Shown here: one piece after another, positions 29,043-48,194 of the stretch
Layout of the letters: the number at the start of each line of letters is the position of its first letter
Position numbering within the stretch: position 1 is the stretch's first letter
From: Auanema rhodensis
Taxonomy: Eukaryota; Animalia; Nematoda
Reading direction: 5' to 3'
DNA: 64,000 nt
Assembly: GCA_964057225.1 (NCBI GenBank)
Contig: OZ059897.1
Location: 13,392,001-13,456,000, forward strand
The notes under the pieces: generated by a model
Seen by the model: only the letters and a program-made list of their open reading frames with translations
Database searches by the model: none
What the model was told of the DNA's origin: nothing
Made by a program: the position numbers and the translations under genes

Positions 29043-32000
29043 TTCTTGCTTCTCTCTCCGATGATATACCCAAAGTCTTCATCACAGTTGGTTGCGAGTT
29101 GGATGAAGTCTTCAGCAATTTTCTCCGCTCATCTTATTACCATTGAATTTTGTGTATACTAGCCAGTATTAAGCTCTGCGTTCAGTAGCTTTTACATCGT
29201 TGCATATGCTTTTGCATTGAAAAGCTGAAGGTATCTAGCAGAAGGCGGAAAAAAAAACCTACTTCGTCATTTTCAAACGGCTACTTATCTGAAATCCTTC
29301 TCTCTATTCGTTAAGTCTATGCTAATACGCTCGAGCGACCTGTTCCTTGACGTCATCTGGTTCCACTGACTGCAAAGTAGTTTAAGCTTAAACTTTTTAG
29401 TTATTTTTAGGTTCTACTAATCAAGCATATTCCTTCTGATCTCTTGCTTGTTTCCTTGAATTTATTTTCAATTTTTTTTATTTTTCTTAAGCTTTTTGCC
29501 TCTACTTATATGCATAGAATTTCTTCTAACCTTGAATTTCTAATCATCAATATGCATATAAAGTCAAAATGAATGAAGAAGTATGAGTTTTTCGGCCTTC
29601 GTTCATGTTTTCCTCATTCATGAGATTGTGGCAACTTTTCGAATTTATACTATTTTCTTCATAATAACATGAAATTCGTTGACTGTTTATCGTTATAACG
29701 ATAAGATTATAATTGTATATACATACATGTACAATAAGAAACTGATGAAGAATTGTTATTTGAATTTTACTTCTTTCTTTCTATAATTCTTGATTTTGTC
29801 TTCTCCTATGATTAGCAGCTTATTTTAATTTTAGTGAGAAAATTATCTTGCTATTCATTTTGTTACATGTTATCATAAATATATATAATTAACTGCATTT
29901 CATTATTTTCTTTATTTTTTTTGTTTCAGAAAGATTGTGCCATCTGTGACGATCCTCCAACATCTGGCTCATCGGATTCCGATTCAAAAGTAAGTTTTCA
30001 TGTTTTTTTTTTTCATTTCAACATATACATGCATATTTTTTCTAATAATTATTGATAAATCAAGTTTCTGCTCAAAAGCAAAAGAACAATACAAATACTT
30101 TTTTTCTGATTTTCATTAAAAAAATGTTTGGAAAGTATTGTTGATTCTACCCTTGAGCTAGATTACTTGTTGTTATAAATTAGTTATTGTGATACATCTA
30201 TATATTTTAATATATGCATACAATGATAATAATCATTCTTTTGTGCACAATTTGTGAGTTATCTTGTTCAACATTTTGCAATTTAAATTACATTAAATAG
30301 CTATTTTCTGAAATTTTTATAAAACAGTAATTTCAAATAATTTTCTATGTTTCTTATTATATAGAATGTAAAAAAGTATATAAAGAAAGAGAGAGATTGA
30401 AAGATTTTGTGAAGTAAGGGAATAAAAATAAATATATCCTCCGATAACATGCACTATGCTGTCGACATTTTCGCGAAAATTTAGAAATCGAGTAGTATAA
30501 GTTTGAATATATGCTCTCCTTTACCTTCGGATTAATCTAACTTCATTGATCATGTTTTAAGCTTTTGTCTTAATATTATTTCAATCCGCTCACTTTGCAT
30601 TTGTCTCTGTATATGCCTTTGTTATTTGACTTAGTATTATACTCTCTCATTTTCCTTATCCTTTTTATTTCCTTCCCAAAAACAGCTTACGTGTCCGTCT
30701 CGTTTTCCTATTTCTCGTTAGTTTCAAGGTATCCAATTTCACTTTACCTGAAGCAATATGAGATTCCATGAAGCATTGCCCCGAAAATCTTTCCTTCTCG
30801 TTATATATGAGTTCTAATATATCGCTTAGTCTCATTTCATTACAAAAACTAATCGAATTGTGAAGGAATTCATTTTTCCACTTTTTACCTTTTTCAATTT
30901 TATTGTGATATGAAAAAATCTTATTTGTCTGAGTGTTCAGTTAAAGCTCTTTGAAGACTCGTAGCAAATGTGGTCGATGCTCTGTTAATTATGAATGAGC
31001 AACGTGAAGGCTTCGAGCTTGATGTTGAAACTAATCATGCTTTGAGAAGTTAGTGTGAGAGAAATAGGGTCAATCCGAATATAACGCTTAGTATATCCTT
31101 TCTTTCATTTTATTTCTCTAACTTTGTCTCTCGTATTCGCTTCTCTTCTCCTACACGTTTTCTTCCTTTATCTCTATTTCTTTTTTCTCTTGATTCTCTT
31201 TTCTTTTTCCAATTGCGTGCGGTTTGTTTCTGAAAAGGATAGAAAAAGCAAAAGAGAGTGAAATAGAAATAAGAGAATTTTTAGTCAAAACATACTTTGC
31301 CTCAGGGTAATTAAGAGGGTTTAAGAGATGTGAAGACTAAGCTTATCTATAGCGTTTTGCTTCGAACTCACTGTTATCCGAGAGTTTGCTCTTTGTTTTC
31401 GAGAACTTAAAGTATGATGACAGAAAAAGTGTAGAAAAATTGAAATATATATCTAAACAATAGAATGACTATTGTATATCTTGCATTGCGCTCTATCATG
31501 TCATTCTCATCCATCTTCACTTCTTTTCCTGCTGCTGCGTTTAGGCTTCCTCTCTAGTACTAGTTATTCTTATGATCGTCTTCATTATCACGCAAATTTG
31601 TTTGGGCATGTAGAACCTCAGAATTCATGCTTTAAACGTTGAATTCGCCAATATAGCAAGTATCCACCACAACCGTTGGTCTTGTGTGCCTTTGTTTCTG
31701 TTGAATCCACGATCATTTCATCTATCTTGCTAGTATTGCTCCTTTCCTTCTATCTTAGATTTCTATTATTCGTAAGAATTATTTTCAGAGCCACGCATTT
31801 TCAAAATTTTTATTTTCAGTTTAATCTGGTCTTCAGTTTAATTAAATTGTTTTCATAATTTTCAAAGTTTTTCCTCAATACAATTTATATTTAAACTTAA
31901 TCGCAAACATTTTTTGTGAGGCTGAGGCTAGAAAAGTCGTCTTTCTTACAGAAATAGGCACATGTTTCTCTAATTTTGTAAACATTGTTTTATTTATCAT

Positions 32001-34394
32001 TCAGTCAAAATCTAAGATTCCAATATTTTTTTTGAAAAATAATTTTTTTTTTCAATTTTTTAGTAACTTAATGTTTTTTTTCCAAATTTCTCGTTCATTT
32101 TACATTCATACTATCTTCATTTAAGCTGTTATGACGAGAATCACTCAGTAGAAAATTCCGTTTTCCAGCTGTCATAACATATCATCCTCTTTATCACTAT
32201 TTTCAAAAGTATAACTTCAAATGGAGTAAAAACATGTATTTTTTAGCTTGTTTCGCTGTCACCGGCGTAAATCAGGCGGAATTAGGCTTTATTAGCCAGT
32301 TGTAAGCTTAGTTAGACCTCATAGCAATCGTCACTCCCCCAATAATCGGTTGAACAAGCTTTTACTTCTGAATTTCTTCAATTTGAAATAACCAAATATA
32401 AATAAATATAATTGAAAAAATGTTTTGAACAACTTTTCTATTTCTTCTTTGTTTCAATTTGTCTATATTCTTTGTTTTTTTTTTGAAATTTTCTCTTTTT
32501 CCGCTAAAAAAATGAAAAAAAGAGATAGTTACAAATTTTGTGAGATTTAGTTATCGTTGCTAAGTGAAAAAGTGAGAGAATTCGATAAATATTTTAATAT
32601 TCTCTAAAACTATTGATTTCAAATGTTTTTATCAACTTCTTCAAAACACTCATTATTGACTTTTATTTTTGCTCCAAAAAAGAAAGAGTATTCTCCATAT
32701 TTTGCAGATTTCACCTATGGCTCCTACCGTAGATGGTGCTGAAACGGCTTTACATAGTATAGAAGGTACGTTTTTTGTTCTTTATTCAATTCAGATTTCT
32801 TCGTATATAAACTTTTTCTTATATAATTAAACCAATTATGGCAAATTTGAATATTGATGAAGCTTATTGCAACGAAACTTCGAATAAGAAATGTTGAATT
32901 ATGCATATAGCATATAGTTAATGAAAAGAATTCGTTTTTTTTTCATTTTTGTAATCTAACAGCAGATTTTTTTTATTTTAATGAAGATGACGTTGATGAT
33001 TTTAAAGAGTACCTACGAAACAATGTTGTTTTCTATTTGATTCTGCTGTATTCAAGATACTTGTATGCCATCATTTGCATGCTTTTCTTCTTGTTTTCTT
33101 TTATTGCTACTACTTCACTGTGTTCCAAATGTAAAGAAAAATAAATAGCATTTTGGTTGGGGAAAAAGCTGATTTTGTCTAAGAATCCTTGTTTTTGATT
33201 GAGCATCATCAAGTTCTCACTTACCAATTCAAATTAAAGCTTGAAACTTGAGTCGCCCGTCTTTCAGGGTGGTAGTCGATGCTAAATTTGGAATCGCGAT
33301 GAAAGCTGCAATGAGCATTCACAACTTTAATTTGATTATTTTATTTTTTTTCTTCCCTCAAATTGTGAAATATGCCAAAAGAGTATTGATTGCCAAACAT
33401 CAGAATTGTTTGAAACTTTTATTCAGGCAATTTAATGCGATTGAAAGAAATTGCAATCAAAAGTAATGAAAAAACTTTTTGATTTATATAATGTGATAAT
33501 TTCAAATAATTTTCAGTATCTTTGCTTAGATTGTCTCAGTAACAACGAGTAGCATATGTGTTTATAAAACTATGTATGAACACACACACACACACACATC
33601 TATATGTATATCTATATATATTTATATTTCAAATATCTAATTAAACTAAATATATTCATTAAACATATATCTATATGTATATGCAATATACTATAAAGAT
33701 ATAAGATATGTTGAGAAAACTTTCCAATTATTTCACTTTTATGATTGATTTCATATTAGTTTTCCTTAAATATACAAATTACGTTTACTTCGATGTTCCA
33801 AAACTCAACGGAATTCCCCTCTCCCATTCTTCCCGTTGCAGGTTAATTTAACCAAAAGAATGTCTTAAAAGTTAAAAAAAAAGATACATAAATAAAAAAA
33901 CTTATAAAAGAAACAATTAAAAAATAGTTTTATTCGCCTGGCTTCTTCTCTATTGACGGTGATGCTCATTTGCTTTAACGCGAATTGTCCGATAACTACT
34001 AATGCCTTTGATGTCTCAAGAGTAGACATGTTTTTGCCCCCGAATTTTTATGTTTTGGGCTCGTTCGAACAATGCAAACTGAGAGAAAATGAGCAAGATA
34101 TGGTAGGAAGCAGAGAGAAAAAGAATAACAGAACAAAGACAAAACGAGAGAAAGCATTCATAGAGCCAACATAAAAATCATAAAAAATTATAATATATAA
34201 TAGACTTCTACGATTTTTTTTGTTAGGGTGAAAAGGAAAAAAAATAGAAATATATTTTGTTATATATTCATATACATATAACCATATGATATATTTATTT
34301 TGGAGTAAAGAATGTTCTATTACAGTTCTAATAAAAATAATTTAAACTATATCACTTTGAGTCCCTATAATGCATACATATAGTATATATAGTA

Positions 34395-34455
<61 letters not shown>

Positions 34456-37400
34456 CTCTTCTATTCTATATTCTACATTTATTTCGGATTCTCTGTGTAG
34501 AATTCTCGTAGTTAGAAGGAATATAATGCACAGGAGAGGATGAGGAAGTATATGAGAAGAGAGGGAAAAAGAAAATGATGTACTGAAAAGCTGCATTATG
34601 GCTTTGTTTCCATGTACTTCTTTCAATTTCTTTGGATAGCCGATCTTATTGTGAGAATCGAAGTGTCCGGAATTGAAGACAAGAGCCGTCTAATTAGTTT
34701 CAATTTGTATTCTAATTATTTTTTCTCTACATATACTATATCATCTGCATTTCTTTTTATTTTTTTTTTCTTTAATCGGAATATTATTTTATTTTCTGTT
34801 GTTGACTGTTCGATTAAAAGAAATATTTCACGCCAATATTTCATTTATCATTAACATTCATGCATATAAACTGCTTGCGTCGGCCATACCTAGAAATTGC
34901 CATTTTTGATGCTACGATTTCATGAATTTTCATTGATTTGCCCGTGGGCTAAACACATTTGAGTCGGATGTCAGATGCTTCCCTGATGAATGAAATGTCG
35001 TCAGTAAAAGATGTCATGAACATTTAAGCGGATTTTTCATTTGAAGAACTGCAAAAAGGAGCTTTTCTCAATTCGTTTGGTCGACATTTTTTGTCCCCAA
35101 ATGTTTGATCCATAAGGGTTAGCGAATACGATAACCAGTTCCGATTGACTTGGCTATGTATATCTAGATTGAAGTTAAACTCATAGTTCAGAAGAGTTCT
35201 TTCAATTTATTTTTTTGTGAACTCTGCAGCTTCCACGTTGCACCCTCTCAGTTTTACTTCATCTTCTACTTTCTTATTCACTACCTAAGACGAGTTTAAT
35301 ATATTCTTTGGTGTTCCTCTGTTTTGAAAGTATTCTTATTCAAAATTGTTTTACTTACTTTCCTTGGATTGTTTTGCACAATTTGATTCGCCTCAGAAAA
35401 AAAAAACGTAAGAGGTTAAGATGACGAATAGCAGAAAAATAATATATGTAGATCGCAAACAATTACAAAAAGAAATAGAAAGAAGTTAAAGTTTTTAAAG
35501 TTCAAAAATATTAATAAAATCACAAATAGAAAGGTGAAAATGGAAAAAAGGGGAAATCAATAAAGACCAACCGTTCTGTGCGTCAATTTTTGAACAATAT
35601 TAGTGAAATAATCATCCACCAAATGATTCTACTGCTATAATTTAATAAGAATATGCTAATTTAAGAGCATCATATTTTACAAAAATCATTTTCACGTGAA
35701 AACCTTATAAATGTTTTACAAATTGAATGAAAACGAAATAATTTAATATTTATTTTTAGTTGTGCGGAAGAAAAGTGTTAGCGTTGGTCGAACTGCACCT
35801 ATAGAGACAGGCAAAGAAACTGTTATAGAAATTGACAAGGTTTTAGAATTTGTGTAATACAGAGGTTGAAACCAAATATTCATAGGAAGGTCGAGGTCTT
35901 GGTTTATCAATAGTTGGAGGTTCTGATACAGTACTTGGAACTGTTGTTATTCATGAAGTTTATCCTGATGGAGCAGCTGCTCATGATGGCCGCCTGAAAC
36001 CGGGTGATCAAGTTTTAGAGGTTCTTGTTTCTTGAAAACATTTCTTATGATCATTAATTCCTTCGCAGGTTAATAACATATCTCTTCGCGGTGTAACACA
36101 CGATCAAGCCATTGCATCCCTCCGCCGAACACCGCCTAAGGTAAACAGCAAACACTTCTGGGCATTTTTTTTTTAAATTATGAATTCTTAAGAATTTTCA
36201 AGTATTTTTTGTTTGTTTTTTACACTTCGTTTTTTTTTCCAATTTATTCCATCCCTTCTTCAATTTTACAATGTCTCTATATTCAAATGCAACTTTTCGT
36301 AACAAAAATTAAATCATCGAACATAAAATACATAAAATTGAAAATTACAATAATAGTTGTTGCAATGAAATGTGCAATTTTTGAACAAATACAACTTCAA
36401 TATTTAGGTTCGTCTCCTCATTTATCGAGATGTCAACTTACAAAATAGTCTGTTGGACCCTACTCAGATATACAATTTGTTTGAGGTTGAGCTGATGAAA
36501 AAACCTGGTCGTGGTCTGGGTTTGAGCATTGGTGAGCATTTTTTATTTATCTGCTTAAACGAAATAAAAAAATGAAAAACGATTGCTCAGTCATTATTTA
36601 TTTGCCTGTTTATTTGGCACCATTTCAATTTCGTTACGGATATTCAGCATGCTTTTTTTTTGCTTGAATACTGATTCTCACAAGAAAGCTTAGGTTTTTT
36701 GATTAGGTTGGAGGAGTAAAAAATAAAAATTCATAAGAATTATAAATATGAATAAATGTTTAAAATTTTAATTATGTTGTTATGTTTAGTTGGGCGAAAA
36801 AATGAACCTGGAGTGTATGTCTCAGAAGTTGTTAAAGGTGGAGCAGCTGAGGCAGATGCTAGACTGATGGCTGGTGATCAGGTTGGTCGTGGACGGCGGA
36901 ATGCCGTTTCCGGTTCAAGTTTGTTAACCAATTTTGTATTCAGATTATGGCGGTAAATCAACAAGATGTGAGAAATGCTATGCAAGAAGATGTCGCAGCT
37001 ATGCTAAAAACATGCACGGGCAAGGTTCATCTAAAAGTTGGACGATGGAAACTAGCTGAAACAGCTAGAATTCAGCCACTCATAGACTTGTCCACATCTA
37101 ATACTTTAACTGCTTCCACAACTACTCCAAGAGTAAGATTTTACATTTCATTGTTTTGAAAGAATTTAATAATTTAGCCTAATAATACTACGGAAGAAGT
37201 AACTGCTCCGGTGACTGTAGAACGATCTGTACCATCTCCTGCTCCTCCAATGAAGCCATCCATAACACATACCGCTCCAGATTCTCAAGAGGCCGTTGAT
37301 CTCAGTCCTGTACAAGAGGAAACGAGTAGTGGTGGAGCTGAACATGTACTGTTTTCAAATATTTTGACTGTTAACTACTTTCGAATTTTCAGAGAAGCTT

Positions 37401-37942
37401 GGGAGATGATGGAGGATCACCAATATACCATGTTTTGCCAGATCTGAAAGAGGATGGAAGCGATACATTGATGGTTGAGCTACGAAAGGCAAGTCTTTTT
37501 TCAATATTTATCGAACGGTGCGTGAGTAGAACAGATGAATATAAACTCAAGAGAACGAAATATTACTGTAAGTTATAAAACAGGGTAAATACTTATAACC
37601 CCTCATAAATACTTATAACCCCTCACACTGAAGCATTTTTTCTTTGTGTTTTTGTGTCGTCGTCTGTGGTTGTCGGGCTTGGTGGGGTTGTAGCTTTTAT
37701 TGGATCTGCCGCTGCCCTACCGACAAGTCTCTCTGGCCCAAGCGTCATCTCTTTTTTTTCTTTTTGCGCCTTTAGCAATAGCAGTAGCTCGAATAAAGCT
37801 GACATTCTTTAAATCCCTCCTTAGCATGTATACTATTTCTCATGCTTTCTGTTCATTCTGATGGGTTGGTTTGTTCAGGCCTGCGGGGAAGAATGAAAAG
37901 GAAGGAAGATAGAGACTAAGAGAGAGAGGGAGAGAGAGAGAT

Positions 37943-37993
<51 letters not shown>

Positions 37994-39387
37994 AAGAAAG
38001 AAAAGAAGTGATATCACAAAAGAAAGCGAGAGAATGCGAAATACAAGGAATAAAGTTGGGATGAGGAGATATATGATGTTGACACACAGAAGGATATAAC
38101 TAGGAACGTTGACTTACACACATACACAAGCTATATTAGATATGTTACCATACATACGTTACTCACATATGCACATCATAGCTGAAAATTCTTTGAAAAA
38201 AAACAACAGAAAAACAACCATTGAAAGCTCACACCGGCATTCTAAACGGGAGCAATGTGCTTGTCATGTGCGGAAGTTCGATGCCAACTCATAATAGTTC
38301 CCATTGCTCAATCACAGTTGTGAGAACTTCTATAACATATGCGGTAATAGTTCACAACAAAACTTTGCATTTCACTTGCCAAAAAATAATGTTTCTGATA
38401 CTACGTTATCTGCTCATAAAAGCAATAATAATAGAAATCTAGGCAATATTTTCTATCACTACATTACAAATAAGAATGAAAAAAACGAAATGATGAAATC
38501 CAAAAAGAAACAAGAATGATGTACATACATATATAGCCTTAGTATCGATGTTACAACACATAAGAGACCACTCGCAGTCATGTAAAACGCAGATTTCAAG
38601 TTTTTTTCTTATAGGTTCCAGAGCAACAACTTGGTATGGGGATCGGGAAAAGAACCCGCGGAATACTTGTCACTAGTTTACAACCAGGTTCTAATGCTGC
38701 TGAAAAACTCAAAGTGGGTGACCGCATCTTAGCTGTGAATGGTCTTCCTGTTACTGATCAGGTAAATTTTTAGTTTCTATCGTCATGAACTCGCACCTGA
38801 ATCTAGAGTTTAATTATTTTTTCGTCTCTCTCCGATTACCAGCCATCAAGAGAGATCATTGTCTCTCATTTTCATCTGCCCTCTACCCCCCTGCCAGAGA
38901 AATGTCTTTCGTATTCATATGGACGCTGGAATGAGCTAATTTCAATCCCTCTAATAGCAAATCACAAGAATGTTTTTTCTCCCATATTTTGAAAGAAATC
39001 CTATCTGACCATTTGATTAAACCATGAATCTGACTGGCGACGGATGAAAGCACAGCTTAACATTTATAAAAAAGGGGAGGGAAGCAGAAATATCAACCAC
39101 AATGTAAGAACGCGTTTTGAAACCCCAACAATTTATTTTGAACGCATTTTTATCGGAATTTTTCGGAAAATGAGTGTTAGTGACGGGATATTCTAGTAAC
39201 AAAACTTCATATATCTGTAACCTATATTAAACTCCTGATTCAGATTTATGCATTTGGATTTTTTCTGAGAAAAATCTTAATTTAAGCAATAATATCACTA
39301 TTTCAGCTATCAGCCGTAACTTTTGTCAAAGCCAGTGGAGAACGTCTCTTCCTTCAAATTGCTCGACCTCGGAACTCGCCTACGTGA
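198..39387 (+). CDS. mpz-1: Multiple-PDZ-domain scaffold (MUPP1/PATJ family), spliced, dozens of exons
   Basis: ATG at 198 follows a TTTTCAG acceptor. N-terminal L27-like segment (..[18 protein letters not shown]). Ten PDZ carboxylate-loop motifs in spliced exons: GLGFGIVGG (~9045), GLGITVAGY (~12565), GLGISLEG (~14780), GLGFSVVDY (~15415), PLGIVLDA (~22690), SFGISIVGG (~26100), GLGVSLVG (~27490), GLGLSIVGG (~35895), GLGLSIVG (~36510), QLGMGIGK (~38630). Ends ..[14 protein letters not shown] 39385-39387. Exon phases checked at several junctions (e.g. 29930-29989, 32708-32765, 35760-). Confidence 0.93.
1097..1190. repeat. (AG)n microsatellite, intronic
   Basis: Near-perfect AG dinucleotide run. 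Confidence 0.95.
8182..8238 (+). CDS. mpz-1: Candidate alternative first coding exon of mpz-1 ([19 protein letters not shown])
   Basis: ATG-initiated 57-nt ORF ending at a perfect GTAAGT donor in phase 0. This matches the phase-0 acceptor of the exon at 8991 (LSGDWTQVE). Confidence 0.55.
10920..10976. repeat. (TA)n microsatellite
   Basis: Perfect TA run. Confidence 0.95.
28993..29036. repeat. (CT)n microsatellite
   Basis: Perfect CT run. Confidence 0.95.
30991..31048 (+). CDS. mpz-1: Candidate alternative first coding exon of mpz-1 ([19 protein letters not shown])
   Basis: ATG ORF ending at a GTTAGT donor in phase 1, matching the phase-1 exon at 35760. A TTCAG acceptor lies ~50 nt upstream. 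Confidence 0.4.
34398..34451. repeat. (TA)n microsatellite
   Basis: Perfect TA run. Confidence 0.95.
37586..37625. repeat. Exact 20-bp tandem duplication (TAAATACTTATAACCCCTCA x2)
   Basis: Two identical adjacent copies. Confidence 0.9.
37919..37995. repeat. (AG)n microsatellite
   Basis: Imperfect AG run. Confidence 0.9.
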
Positions 39388-40293
39388 CGTCACCTAGCGC
39401 GGACCATCTCTCCATCAAACTAGGACTAAAGAAACGCCTTTTTTTTGCATTTGTTTTTGTCGTCCTCTCGCTCATTCTCTTCTCCGCTTAGCCTCCGCCC
39501 CTCCATCGTCTTATTTTCTTTCTCTTCCTCTTTCTTCCTTTCTCGTCTTCTTCTAGTTCCATTCATTCTTGGCAATCGTTGCCTATCCTCATTTTCCATA
39601 TGTTCAACAATATACAAGACTTTACACCACACTCGTTCTTGCCATTTTAGGCTTTTTGTATTTGCAAAGATTTTACAGTTTTTTAATATTTTTCTCAACA
39701 ACTTTTTCTACTGTTTTCTCTCTTAATTCTTTGTCTCATGGGTGTATCATGATAACTTACATTTACAATTCGTGATATTGAGCAATTCCGGTGTTAAGCG
39801 ATAGGGAAATCATCCTGATGCCCTTGGCTAATAGTAAATTTACTATAATATAGAAATTGAAGATTTCTATAACCACTTACTCTGCGAATTTATATCAAAT
39901 TCTAGTGATTCATATATTAATTATATAACATAGAATGATAGAGTTAATTTGTCATTAGGTACGCACTGCCTCTTTTGGGGGGGAGGGAGTTTCCAACTTC
40001 CCATAAGTCTTTATTACTTTTTTATCATCCAGGTCCTTAATAACGTTCTCTCTTCTAGATTCAGAACGGTGTGTTAGCTAAATAGCAGAGTTCTTTTTAT
40101 TATTATTATTAATTTTATTATTTCTTTTTTTGTCATATTATGTTTTTCCTTTTTAACATTTTTTTTTTGTGAAAAAGCACTTAATATGAATATTATTTAT
40201 TGTTTATGTTTAAAAAAAAACAGTTATACCATGAGAGATCATTAGTATACGAGAACAGAGCAGCAATGATAAATTAATCTACAGCTTTTTTTC

Positions 40294-47761
<7,468 letters not shown>

Positions 47762-47859
47762 ATCAATTATTTTTCATACTATTGTAGCTGGAAAAAAGGT
47801 AAAATTATTTTTATTTGCAAGAAAAATACTTGATCGACTTTGATGAGAAGGGGGGGAAA

Positions 47860-47884
47860 TTCAAAATTATAGAGCGCGGGAAAA
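47860..47884 (-). promoter_or_regulatory. E2F/CDE plus CHR (DREAM-type) element in the SMC2/CDC20 bidirectional promoter
   Basis: Minus strand reads TTTTCCCGCGC-TCTATAAT-TTTGAA, between two divergent mitotic genes. Confidence 0.6.
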
Positions 47885-48194
47885 GAATCATATTGAAACG
47901 CCAAAACCTGTCGAGCTAAAGTAGATGACAGAGTTGCCTCGGCGAGAGTGCTCGCTCTTTTATTTTTATTTAAAATGATGATCTTATCAAATTAATATAT
48001 TTTCTAATGCTACTGATTGGAAATTGTTAAATCTAGAAGAAAATTGCAAAAATTGAGGATGTGTATGCTGTTTACGCGTTTTGAATTATATTTATTCCCT
48101 CCAAAGCAAGCTTTAATTGGTATTAGCAGCTTTTGGACAGTTATCTCCTTAATTGTTTTATTTTTTTTTCTGATATCTATATATAATTTAGAAA

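Noticed and set aside
34975-35020. Hammerhead ribozyme core CTGATGA-AT-GAAA..GTC
   Set aside because: No stem II, and stem I cannot close next to the core
35100-35155. sbRNA/Y-RNA-like GGTTATCGTA motif on the minus strand
   Set aside because: Complementary stem and 3' AACTT(G) motif absent
1049-39775. Numerous 60-140 aa F/L/S/I-rich ORFs in the supplied track (e.g. 1049-1270, 2985-3389, 19192-19910, 34342-34626, 37875-38087, 39426-39775)
   Set aside because: They are translations of CT/TA microsatellites, pyrimidine-rich introns or UTR; many start at non-ATG codons
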